A stretch of DNA of 63,876 bases, filler included, from Hausera hauseri (Eukaryota): assembly GCA_046269625.1 (NCBI GenBank). It is 9 parts of 9 records of this genome, joined end to end, with 100 filler letters (N's around TTAATTAATTAA, not from the genome) between each part and the next. Parts side by side here need not be neighbours in the genome. Positions count along the whole stretch, not along the records: positions 17,983 to 25,536 come from JBJURY010006790.1; positions 25,637 to 34,562 come from JBJURY010502130.1; 7 more parts are not named here. One strand, written 5' to 3'. Position 1 is the first letter of the stretch. Every line of letters begins with the position of its first letter. The position numbers and the translations under genes were made by a program. The notes under the pieces were generated by a model that worked only from the letters and a program-made list of their open reading frames with translations, was not told where the DNA came from and did no database searches. Below, piece after piece: positions 22,923 through 34,662 of this stretch.

Positions 22923-25536
22923 AGTAGTATAAAAATGCGGGTTCTGGATCACTCCCCTCCCCATGCAGCCAATCCGAAGCCTGCTTGATGCGCACACTCG
23001 CTCGGACGGATAGATTTGGCGACGTAGGTTCCAAAAAAGACGCCGTGCGCGGTGCACGGTGCACTCCGGAAGCAGCGGCGGTGCACGAAAAAATGCGGAT
23101 GTTAGAAGAAAGTGGTGCACGGTAATGTGTGGCACATAGAAATGATGGGGTACGGAAGACGCATCGAATGGTAAAGACCGAAGTCGATCGGATGTCGGGC
23201 GGAAGAAAGGGATCCGGGAAAAAAGTGATCCAGAACCCGCACATGGTTTGTGGGGAAGTGGGGAACGTTGGCGACCAACGGTTGATGGTCGTAAAACAGT
23301 GGGCCTGTGAGTAGCCAAACGGCACGGAAAAGACGGGTGTACGATGCACCGATGACGTAACAAACACCCGTGTGCGTGTGCACTGATGAAGGCGGCCGGC
23401 GTCGAGTAGCACAGCAAACAAAAGCTCAAGACGCGGGCTATCCGATAACGGTGTCAGAATGGAAATCGGCCCATCCGGAATAGCGGTGCGAAGAGAAACG
23501 TCGAAAATTGGCAGAGGGCATACCCTGTGGAAACGGAAAATTTTTTTATCGAAATCCATTGTGACTGGGTTCGATCGATCGGTCATCGGTTACTGATTAT
23601 AGATATATGTGTCGCAAAGTTTTTACGCATCTCCGTCAACGTACAGAAGAGGAAAACAAATTTTCTACGTACATGTGAACTTTGAACACGTGAACTTTTA
23701 TGCGGTTTTAGACAAATACCTTCGAAAAATATCGATTATTTATTTCAGGTTTATGGATGTCTTTTAAAGTGCATCGATTTTTATCACACACACACATTAA
23801 AGATTAAATGAAAGGTAATATAAGGACATAAAATGTGTGTGTTAAATACATATATAATAAGAAAACAAAATCAATTATTATTATTATATCGTAGCTTAAA
23901 CGTTTACAATGATTAAAGTAAGATTAATTTCTCCATTTGATAAATGTAAAAATATTTTTTTAGTGTGAAACGTATACCAAATATTGCAGTAACACACAAC
24001 ATGATGATCCGAAGATATGTCATTAAAAATGGGAAAATATTATCAGTCAAAAAAGGATATATATGTCCAGTATGTCGATCTCTAAACGACATACCATATA
24101 TGGAATTTTATGCCCAACATGAAGAACACATTAATCAATTTCAAGATATGAGCGAAAGGGAAATATTAGTGCAAATATCATCATCAAATAAACCAGATCA
24201 AATATCATCCACATTAAATGTATCATCATCATCATCATCATGTCAGTCGTTCAAACTCATGCCAAGCGGATAGCAGTACTATGGCATTAAACATTACGGA
24301 AACCAATATTATATCTGTCTCCAATGCCAAACATCCGAAATAACAACACACGGGGAATTTCTACATAAACATGGACTACACCTGGGTCAATTTCAGTCGA
24401 GAAAAAAACGCGAAATTTCCAACGAATCAATTAACATGATGATGACCAATGCAACAACAGCAGCAGAAACACAACCAATACCTTCAACATCAAATGGTAC
24501 AACGAAGTGTCGAAAAAGAAAAGGAGAAGGATCAACGCACCACCACCAAAAGGCACCACAAAAAAGGGTAGCAGAGAGACATGCCTTTAGTCGAAGAGTT
24601 CACGAATATACAATTGGACCGCAACAACACGAAGACGCTGCAGAAACCAGGAATATTAACCACTTTATGGGAAATCACAAATACGATATCGCTGGTATTC
24701 CTGAGGACGCAGTACAGGAGTTAAATGCGATCAAGGTGAATTATTGTCTTGAAGCCGTCTACACGAATGTTGATGGTGAAATCGCAAAACGGGCATTCAA
24801 GACAGTCGGAAAAGCCGTTTTGATGGACACAGATATCAAAGCATTTATTCAAAATGAAAGTAACAAAATCGTTCACGAAGCATATGAAAGTGAAGCAAAG
24901 AAAAGCGGATGGACATTACACCACATAGTACGACTGAACATTAGAATCAATAAGTATGTGCCAATCGGTGGTCATCCTATATACCACTGCCGGATTGGAT
25001 TGAAAGCACAAAGTCATGTATCAGTGTGATGAACTACAGCGACAAACTGTGCTTCAAATATGCCGTTTAAACAAAAATACTCATAGATGCAAATGAACAA
25101 AATTTAAACAGGGCAAATAAATATAACAATATACAGCACCCATATGATTTTTCCACAATCAGTCAATTTCCACCGAGCATGCACGAGATCAAAAAATTTT
25201 AAAATGGCAATAATAATATGTCAATAAATGTATTCGGTATAGAAGAGGAAACAAGGAAAATATATCCGTTGGAAATCTGGAAAGAAGAAAGGATAATCAC
25301 AGAGATTTGTTGTTGATAAGTGATGAAGAAAGAAGTCATTTTGTATACATTCGTCATTTCAGCAGATTGGTCGGTTCACAAATAACCAGACAACAACACC
25401 GTTTATTCATCTGTAAGAGATGTTTAATGCACTACTACAGTGAAACGAAATTGGAACAACATAAGCTATACTGTTCAGAGAAACAATCTGTTCGTGCTGA
25501 ATTTCCCGATGAAGACTACATAGAATTTAAGGAATA
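22923..25536 (+). mobile_element. Left end of a Polinton/Maverick-like element
   Basis: Sharp AT-to-GC transition starting at AGTAGT, about 700 bp of non-coding GC-rich TIR-like sequence, then a pPolB N-terminal region. Confidence 0.7.
23965..25536 (+). pseudogene. N-terminal part of a Polinton-type protein-primed DNA polymerase B (disrupted, cut by contig end)
   Basis: KSGWTLHHIVRLNIRINKYVPIGG, DKLCFKYAV, SINVFG, LLLISDEERSHFVYIRHFSRLV, FICKRCL...HKLYC. Confidence 0.8.
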
Positions 25537-25636
25537 NNNNNNNNNNNNNNNNNNNNNNNNNNNNNNNNNNNNNNNNNNNNTTAATTAATTAANNNNNNNN
25601 NNNNNNNNNNNNNNNNNNNNNNNNNNNNNNNNNNNN
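25537..25636. other. Artificial contig linker
   Basis: N44-TTAATTAATTAA-N44. Confidence 0.99.
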
Positions 25637-26004
25637 TTTTTGTTTTTTTGTTTTTGGGCTGGTTTCTTCACAATCGTGGCATATTTTGGCTGATTGGACG
25701 TGGATTAGAATATCATCGAAGGATGAAGAGTGCTGTGTGACTGGAGGAACACAGTGGAAGCAGCGGGGGGCCTGAAACCTGGCGGTGTCTAACAAAAAGC
25801 CCCTGTCAGTTGAAGTACACTGTGACAATCCTCATTAAGTTCTAGGTGGGCTGTGTTAAGAGTCTAAAACCTTCCCACTCTAAAGACTTACAATCTTTTA
25901 AAAGGTGGTAAGGGCCCGAAGGAGGCATTCTCTAAAAACACGCACACACACGTGTATATTGGTAAAATTAACAAGTGTAATCTAACCCAAACACATAAAA
26001 GAAT

Positions 26005-27477
26005 ATGGGGAACACTGAAAGCAAACAAACAGAATTAAGGGGGGATGCAAAATATATGCAGAAAAAATATCCCGAGACTGTAAAATGTTTAACAGACTGG
26101 AAGACAAAGTATGAGTTTAAAGGGAATCTCTCCCTCCCTGACTGTACTGAATTAGTTCGAAAAATACAACTAAAAGATCGAATTAAAAATAAAAAACAAC
26201 CGAGTGATGATTTGAAACAGGCCAAATTATGGTTAGAAGAAGCTCAAAAGAGAAAAAGGGGGGAGGAGAAGGCCAAAGAAGCGACAGTTGCTGTGGCCCG
26301 TCAAGAAGATAATGATACATGCGTGACACAAGGGCGTGGGCATGATAACGGACCTTCGTCACCTCCCCAACAGAGCGCTACTTCTCAGTCACAGAGTTCA
26401 TTGCCAACTTATTCTCAGGCTTTAAAAAGCCCCTCTCTTAAGAAAGTAGAAGCAACAGCTTCCTTATTACAAAATGCCTCCAACATGTACCCCAACCTAG
26501 ACGAGCTTACAAAAACCGTGATGCACCCAGGTACACCGCTAAATTCTCCTGTAGCTAGCAGAACCAGAAGTAAAATAGAAACTTGGGAAAATTCAGATAC
26601 TTTCCCCATGGTTGAAGTACCAAACCCTAACACAGCAGTTGGCCAGCCCCGCACAATATTGGTATATAGGACTTGGACACTTGAAGATGTTAAAAAGGCT
26701 GTGGAAGGGATCCCACATCCCAAGGCAGACCCGGCTGGATTTGTCTCTGGGATGACTATGTTGCAAACCACTTACTTTCTTAATGGTGTGGAAATGCAGC
26801 AGGCCTTCATGACTAAACTAGGAATAGATTGAGCCAGAGTTCAAGGAACCTGGAATCCCATGACACAGGTACCAAATCCAGTGGCACACCCACATACAGG
26901 GGGGGACCTACAGACTCAGATGACTGGTGTGTTTGACAGAGTTAAAACGATCTTTAAGAAAAGAGCTGACTATACTGCTGTAAATCAAGTTAAACAAAGA
27001 CCCGATGAATCAGTTACTGATTTTATGATAAGACCAGAAGAAGTTTTTAAGCAAAATAGTGGGCTTGTTGATGATAATGATGATTCTGGGCCTTACAGAC
27101 AACAGTTAAAAAATGCCCTCCAGGCCAATGTTAAACCCAGTATCTCTAATTGGGTCGCAAAACATTTTGTTGACCTCCCCACTTGCACTGTAGCACAGTG
27201 GCAAAACTGGGCCACCCATGCAGATAAAATCACTGCAGCTAAAAAGAAAACAGAAACAACTGCCAATACATTCTCAGTTCAAGAAGAAGAGGAAGTGTTC
27301 TTTGTGGGGGGTGGGCCCAGGGGACGAGGCCAGGGGCGACCCAGGGGACGAGGGGGCTTTAGAGGGAGAGGGGGGAAACAGAAAAGGGGAAAACAACTAA
27401 ATCGCTCTGATGAGTGTTGGACTTGTGGACAGACCGGACACTGGGCCAAAGAGTGCACACAAAAAACTCAACAATGA
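26005..27477 (+). pseudogene. gag: ERV gag with one in-frame TGA at 26830
   Basis: MGNTES myristoylation signal, YPNL late-domain-like motif, MHR-like VKQRPDESVTDF, RGG tract, CWTCGQTGHWAKEC knuckle. Confidence 0.9.
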
Positions 27478-30400
27478 CTAGATGCCAACTCTGCGGGCAG
27501 TCTTCCCTCACAGGAGGAATCTGAACTAGACGAACAAGAGGAAGTGCTTGATGAAGAAGTGTTAGATATTGCAGCTGCCTGCGTGAACAGAGATAACAAA
27601 CCAGAAATAACTCTGTATGTGAATAGTCAACCAGTTGTGTTTTTGTGTGACACAGGAGCATGTCGAACAGTGCTTCGCAATAACCTTGACATTAGAAAAT
27701 CTAAGCAAAAGGTTTTTGTCCGCTCAGCCAATGGAACAGTACAAGATCAGTCTTTGTCTGTTCCAATTTCTATTAAAGACCCGGTTTCTGGAAATAAAGC
27801 TTTTGGCTCTGTGATTTTATCACCATCTTGCCCATTTAACCTACTGGGAAGAGATTTCTTGGTGTGGTTAAACATAAGTATTAGACCTACTCCTGATGGA
27901 GGGATGGAGGCTTGCAGAGAACCAACCCATGATGTGCTTGTTCTAAAGGGACCAGGAGAGCCAAACTACTGGTGGTCTTTAGATATTTGTCAAGACCCAC
28001 TCAAAACACCTCAAAAGTTAATTGAAGTGGCTAAAGAGCATGTAAAACAAAACTCAGATGTGATGAAACCAGACTCATTACATAGATTTAAAAGAACTCC
28101 AGGACCTGATCACAGTTATGACAAAGAGGTTCATAAATTAGGTCCCCAAAAAGTGGTTTTGACTGATTTTTGTTGGAACAACAAAGGAAACAGTTTCTGT
28201 TTGGTCACACTAACACCTGCCGCAACAAAGGTGAAAGCTGATTTTAACCCTCCCCATGTTTCTTTAACAAAACTATGTAACTTACAGTGGAAAGATCTGG
28301 GGATGGAAGCTGCAAAGGTGGCTGGTGTGACCAGATGGGAGACTGAAAATGGTATCTGGACTTCTTCTTACACTGACTATAAAAAGATTAAACTTAACTG
28401 GGTAATAAAAACCACTCCCAATGTGCATCTGTTTGATCAAACAAAATGAGATGTGTTTCTGAGTCAGGAGGAGGAACAGAGTCTTTCTGACCTCCCTGAC
28501 TCCCTTTGGACTAAAGGTCCAGCTGATGTAGGACTTCTTAAAGGATGCCAACCTGTCCAGGTTAGGCCAAAGAGTGATTATCATCCCAAAGTAAAACAAT
28601 ATCCTTTAAAGCCCGATGCACAGGAGGGTATTAAGCCAGTGATCGAAGAACTAAAAGCAGCTGGTGTACTGATTCCATGTCCAGACTCTCCATGCAACAC
28701 GCCTATTTTTCCTGTAAAAAAGGCCTCCCCATCTGTAGGATGGAGGATGGTACAAGATTTAAGACCAGTAAACGATGCAGTCATCCAGAGAGCGGCAAAT
28801 GTTCCTGACCCACACACCCTGTTGAACTCTTTGAATCCTGATGCAAAATGGTTTTCTATAATTGACCTCAGCAATGCTTTTTTCTCAGTGCCCTTACACC
28901 AGGACAGTCAGTACTGGTTTGCTTTTACATTTATGGGGAAAAGATACACATACACCAGACTACCACAAGGTTATTGTGAGAGTCCCACCATTTTCTCCTC
29001 TGCTCTTCAAAATTGTCTAGCTGATTTTGACCCACCAGCAGGCAGTCAGATTTTGGTTTATGTAGATGACATCTTGATATCTTCAGCAAATCAAGATCAA
29101 TGTAAAACAGATACACTGGCATTGCTGAGATTTCTTGAAAAAACTGGCAGTAAAGTAAACAAAAACAAGTTACAGCTGTGGACAACTGAAGTAAAATATT
29201 TGGGTCATCAACTAACTGCAGAGGGGAGGAAAGTCAGTAATGACAGACAAGCTACTATTTTGAGTGCTCCTAAACCACTTACAAAGAAGCAAATGATGTC
29301 ATTTTTGGGTCTTTGTAATTATTGTAGAACTTGGGTCCCCAACTACGCTCAGGTCATTGAGCCTTTGTTTAAGATGATGTATGATAAACCACTGTCAGCC
29401 CAGGACTTGCTGGACTGGACTCCGGAAGGAGAAGCAGCATTTTGTGAAATAAAGACACTTTTATCAACTACAGCAACTCTTGCTCTGCCTGATTACACAA
29501 AACAATTTCTGCAAACCGTTGATTGCAGAGGTGGACACATGACATCTGTGCTCTTGCAAAAATACGGGGATAAAAACAGACCAATCGCCTACTTTTCCAC
29601 CAAGCTTGACGTAGTGACACAAGCTTTGCCTCACTGTGTACAAGCAGTGATTGCTGCTGCCTTGGCTGTAAAAATGTCAGCAGAAATAGTGTTATACCAC
29701 AAAATAACACTCTTGGTTCCTCATGCAGTTTCACTTCTCTTACTCCAAACAAAGATGACTTTTCTGTCACCCGCACGCCATCTCTCATGCATGGCGACCT
29801 TAATGTCACAGCCAAACTTAGAAGTGAAACGGTGTACTACTCTTAACCCCGCCACTCTGTTGCCACATTCTGAAGAAGGGGTAAAACATGACTGTGTTGC
29901 TGAAGTCCAGAAAGTCTGTCTTCCAAGACCAGATTTAAAAGACACTGAAATACCAGATTCCACCTTAGTTTTTGTGGATGGGTCAGCAAGTAAAGATGCT
30001 GTCGGGACTAACAGGGTTGGCTATGCTGTTGTCACTGTTGATGCTGTTATTGAGGCTAAACCACTTCCATCTTCATACTCTGCCCAAGCAGCTGAAATAG
30101 TTGCTCTGACAAGAGCATGCCAACTCTATGCTAACAAAACCGTGACCATTTACACTGACAGTCAATATGCATTTTCCACACTGCATGTGTTCAGTGCGCA
30201 ATGGAAAAACAGAGGAATGAAAACCTCTACTGGGAAACCTGTTACACATGCTGCATTGCTTGTGAAGTTGTTAGAAGCTGTGATGCTTCCTGCTGCTGTT
30301 GCTGTTTGTAAATGTCCTGCACATAAAAAACCCACTGATCCAATCTCTGCAGGAAATGCAAAAGCAGACATGACAGCCAAAATGGCTGCACAACAACCAT

Positions 30401-31572
30401 TCAGAGATGTAATGCTGTCTGACACAGAATCACAAATTCTTCTTAAAGACATGCAACAACAGGCTCCGCCCTCTGAAAAGAACATCTGGAGCAAAAATGG
30501 AGCCGCGATAAATGCTGATGGGTTGTTCATATCTTCGGAAAACAAACCAATCCTCCCTCGATCAATGTTTAAATGGGCTGCGTCTGTGAGCCATGGGCTT
30601 TGCCATGTCTCAACAGGGGGGATGGTGTCAATAATAAATAAACATTATACCACATATGGCTTCACCACCTATTCAAAAAATTTTTGTAACTCATGTTTAA
30701 TATGTCTAAAACATAATCCTCAAGGAAATCTGAGACCAAGACCTGGGAAATTCCCAACACCTCCTTACCCATTTCACGCACTACACATGGACTTTATTGA
30801 ACTAAATAGAGTGGGGCTGTACAAATACTGTTTAGTGATTGTAGATGCTTACTCTAAGTGGGTTGAGATTTTTCCATGTAAAACACCAGATGCTTTAACA
30901 GTGGCAAAGGCCATCTGTAAGTACATCATCCCAACCATTGGGGTACCACAAAGGTTGTATAGTGATAATGGGACACATTTTGTGAATAAAATCATTCAGG
31001 AGGTGGGGGAATGTTTTGACATACAACTAAAAAATCACTGCAGCTATCACCCACAAAGTGCAGGTCTGGTGGAATGGACTAATGGTACGATAAAAAATAA
31101 ACTCAGAAAGACAATGGAAGAAACAGGCAGAACTTGGGTTGACTGTCTTGAGCTGGTAAAACTCAGCATGAGAATAGTGCCAACACAGGGGACTGGGCTA
31201 ACTCCTTTTGAGATAATACATGGAAGGCCCTACTATTTGCCAAACATGCAATCAGATTGTACATTTACAAAAGAAGATGCTACACTTGCTGATTACATGA
31301 AAAGAACATTGCAAGCTAAAGAAATCCAACAAGCTAATATGTTGCCAGACATCTCTTCTGTTTCCCCGCAGAATCAACAGCAAGTTTCAGAAGGAGACTG
31401 GGTCCTGATCAAAGCAATAAAACGAAAGACGTGGTCCAGTCCAAAGTGGGAAGGTCCGTTCCAGGTGTTGCTGACCACACCAACTGCTGTCAAAATACAA
31501 GAAAGAACCACCTGGATCCACAAAACTCATTGTAAAAAGGTAAACCTGCCAGATCCCTCTCCAAGCCACTAG
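27478..31572 (+). pseudogene. pol: ERV pro-pol (protease, 2H phosphoesterase-like domain, RT, RNase H, integrase); in frame with gag, one TGA at 28447
   Basis: FLCDTGA, NLLGRDF, PHVSL, LPQG, YVDD, FVDGS, SAQAAE, YTDSQY, LHMDF/SDNGTHF/GLVE, WEGPF. Confidence 0.93.
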
Positions 31573-31819
31573 GGGGTGAAGTCTGACTTCAAAGGGGTTT
31601 TGTCTAATAGGGGCAATTCGTCTCAATGTCAGTGAAGAAATTAGAACCCTCTAATATTTAGTGGAGTGGGTATTGGAGGTGAACCTATTTTTACTGTCGT
31701 TATTGTTTTGGGAAAAATATATATATATATATTGTTTCTAAAAAAAAAAAAAAAAACTTTAACAGAAAATTTCATCTAAGTTTCATTTCAGTTTTCTAAG
31801 TCTTGATTAAGTTTTCATA

Positions 31820-33274
31820 ATGAGATCTTTTGGCTTAATGTGTGTTGTTTTGTGTTTGATGTTTTCTCTGTGTGATGCAAGTGAATCACGTTCCAGGAAG
31901 AAAAGATGGCTGAGAGAGGAAGAACAATGGGTATTGAGACAGGATGCAACCCACCTGTATCAAACCAATAGCTGGTACCAATATGTTCGATTCATGGCAA
32001 AAAACAAGAAATGTTTCTGACTGTTATGTTTGTAGTAAGATTCCTGTTTCCTCCAAACAACCACAGTTGAAGGCAAAACCACTCCGCTTTACTGAAAATG
32101 CTTGTCTCATGAAATATAGTAGCACAGGAAATGTCTCTACTGGCTATTTTGAGACTAGAAATGGAAATACGACTTATTTTGACTGTTCAAACTATCAGTT
32201 TAAGATGTTGAAGGCTGATAACCCAGTTCCTATTTATGCTGAACTATCTCCATCTGCTATGTTCCCTGCCTGTGTTAAAGGGAATGGAACTAAGTACCTA
32301 GGAAGGATGCCATGGAGAAGATGCAACCGCTTATGGGTGTCCTTCCCTGACACCACGAGTGCAGAATGCAGGAGGTTAAAATCCTAAGGTTTAGTTAAAT
32401 GTTTTGGTGTATTACCTGACTCTTTTCCAGGAAGAAGGGGCACCTATCCAACAGATGGAATCTACTGGATGTGTGGAACTGCCATTTACCTGAGCCTGCC
32501 ACGAGACTGGGCAGGAGTGTGCGCACCTGTGCATGTAACTGACCACACTGTTATCATTACAGTTTCCCCTCCTAAAGATTCTCCCCCTGAAACAGGCAGA
32601 GTTAAAAGAGAGCTTATAGAGGTAAAACCACATGACTCAGTCTGGGGTACTGATGTGCCAGATGAGTTCAAACACTGGACTGATGGACAGAAGACTGCTT
32701 TGTCATTATTTCCTTGGGTGGGAGTTGCAAAGAACATACTTCGCCTTGAAACTATTATAGACTAGAACTCTTTATTAATGCAACCACTAAAGCCCTTAGG
32801 GGTATCTCTGCAGAAGCATCAGCTATGAGAATAATGGTTTTACAAAATAGAATGGTTCTGGATCTCCTTACAGCGTCCTCTGGTGGTGTTTGCCGGATGG
32901 TGAACACATCTTGTTTCACCTACATTCCTGATGAAACCGGTGAGGGAGAGGGACACAGTGTTACTGAGGCTTTGTATCAGCTGGATGAACTGCAGAAGGC
33001 CATGCAGCAGGATGCTCACCCTGGCCGAGGAGACTTCTTTTCATGGTTTACCTCTGGAACTTGGTGGCAACTGCTCCTGAGAATTGGTACTCCAATTCTC
33101 ACTGTTCTGTGTCTGTTCTGCTTGTTTTCACTGTGTGTCCTCCCATGTATCCGTGCTATGATGTCACGTGCCGTTGCAGGAACTGTGTACCAGATGTTAA
33201 GTCTTGATTACGCACCACTGAGCAAGGAGGAGATGCAGGTTGACAAATATGATGACGTTGTTACTTCTGTGTAG
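31820..33274 (+). pseudogene. env: ERV env, frameshifted
   Basis: Signal peptide, CYVC, furin site RVKR, LQNRMVLDLL immunosuppressive domain, degenerate CX6CC (CRMVNTSCF), TM helix. Confidence 0.9.
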
Positions 33275-33408
33275 ATATTCATAACGGTGAAGTGGATTTT
33301 TGATAAGTTACTAATAATGATGTTTGTGTTTGAAACCCTCTTCTGTAGGAAAAACACAGATTGATAAATGAAAAGATTAAAGTAACATCAATCTTGAAAA
33401 AAAATGAT

Positions 33409-33422
33409 AAACAGGGGGGAAA
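33409..33422 (+). promoter_or_regulatory. Polypurine tract
   Basis: AAACAGGGGGGAAA immediately before TG. Confidence 0.75.
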
Positions 33423-33955
33423 TGATGGAAAAATGTTAAATAATGTTATCATCTATTTGCTTAAGAAGTTTGATGTTTTCTGTTTTAATAACATTACTTT
33501 CTTATTTACTCTTTCAGGTCAAAGGTCAAGGCCTCATAATATTAGTTGTGTTTTACTTCAGGACTTTAAGAAGTTGTTTTTATCTTGCTTCAAGCAGTCT
33601 TAGGAGTGGTTGGAGCTAAGCTGTCTTGAGAGGGCTGAAGGTTCGAGACAACGCCCACAGTTGTTCTAATCTTAGTTGAAAAGTTCCTCTTTATCTAAAG
33701 AAATGTCAACTGATGTCTGTTCTTGGGGAAAATAAGTTTCTGTGTTTTTGTTTGCTTATTGGTTGAAAACATGTAACCACCCATTTTGAGTGCTGTCAAT
33801 AAAAAGTTGCAAGGAGGGTTGTTCCTTTGGAGAAGTAAGCCGCTGTGTAGCAGAGAGGCTGTCTCCCCTTGTGCAAGTAAAACTTAACACTGGTGTTGTT
33901 TCTATTTTGTGTCTTCTCAGTTCTTCCGGTGGTTTAAAATGTTCTGAACCTGACA
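33423..33955 (+). repeat. ERV LTR (about 533 bp, TG...CA)
   Basis: Bounded by the PPT upstream and the PBS downstream; only one copy is in the contig, so the ends are inferred. Confidence 0.75.
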
Positions 33956-33961
33956 TTTTAT

Positions 33962-33979
33962 TGGTCCTTCGAGCTGGAT
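33962..33979 (+). promoter_or_regulatory. Primer binding site, tRNA-Tyr
   Basis: TGGTCCTTCGAGCTGGAT is complementary, with one mismatch, to the vertebrate tRNA-Tyr 3' end ATCCGGCTCGAAGGACCA. Confidence 0.8.
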
Positions 33980-34294
33980 CACGACATATCTGCCATCTGT
34001 GACTTGCAATTCGAGAAAAGCTGAAGTCTGTGCACAGCCTCCATTTAGAATGGGGATGAAAGTCCTGCGTAGTGGAATTCTGCGTTGGCCAGCCGATCTG
34101 TTCTGCGGTCCAGGCAACAGATTGACGTGATTCCGTACCTGAGAACCCGGAGGACACCAAATAGAAGGTAGGATTAAGTTTTCTTTGATTAATAAGGTTA
34201 GGGGGAATTTTTTTCTTAAAAACAATAACCTTTTAATGAAAGAAACCAAGATTATCTTTAATTGTAAGAGTATTAAAGAATACTCCAGGGATCT

Positions 34295-34507
34295 TGGCTG
34301 TAACGTAGTAGAGGACTAGGATTCTCCAGCAAGGTTGCCTGTTTTTAAGACCCTGGCCGTAACGTAGTTGAGGACAAGGATTCTCCGGGAGGGCTGCTCA
34401 GTTGAGCATGTAAAGGAAGGGACCCCGCCTACAAAGTGTTAGAGGACTGCGATCCTCCAGTGGGGTTGCCTGTTTTAGAATAATAGAGGATTGAGATCCT
34501 CCGGGGG
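34295..34507 (+). repeat. Four imperfect direct repeats in the ERV leader
   Basis: Core GAGGA-N6-T(T/C)CTCC recurring near 34310, 34370, 34441 and 34485. Confidence 0.75.
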
Positions 34508-34562
34508 CCGCCCGTAAAACTGGGAGCTAAAATAAGTGTTGCTGGTTATAGAATAAACGTTT

Positions 34563-34662
34563 NNNNNNNNNNNNNNNNNNNNNNNNNNNNNNNNNNNNNN
34601 NNNNNNTTAATTAATTAANNNNNNNNNNNNNNNNNNNNNNNNNNNNNNNNNNNNNNNNNNNN
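34563..34662. other. Artificial contig linker
   Basis: N44-TTAATTAATTAA-N44. Confidence 0.99.

Larger units (their letters stand above)
25637..34562 (+). mobile_element. Fish class I (epsilon/gamma-related) endogenous retrovirus, near complete
   Basis: Order gag-pro-pol-env-PPT-LTR-PBS-leader. Confidence 0.93.

Noticed and set aside
22768-23586. 272-aa and 186-aa minus-strand ORFs
   Set aside because: They lie in the GC-rich TIR-like region, several frames are open, and no motifs are present; likely spurious
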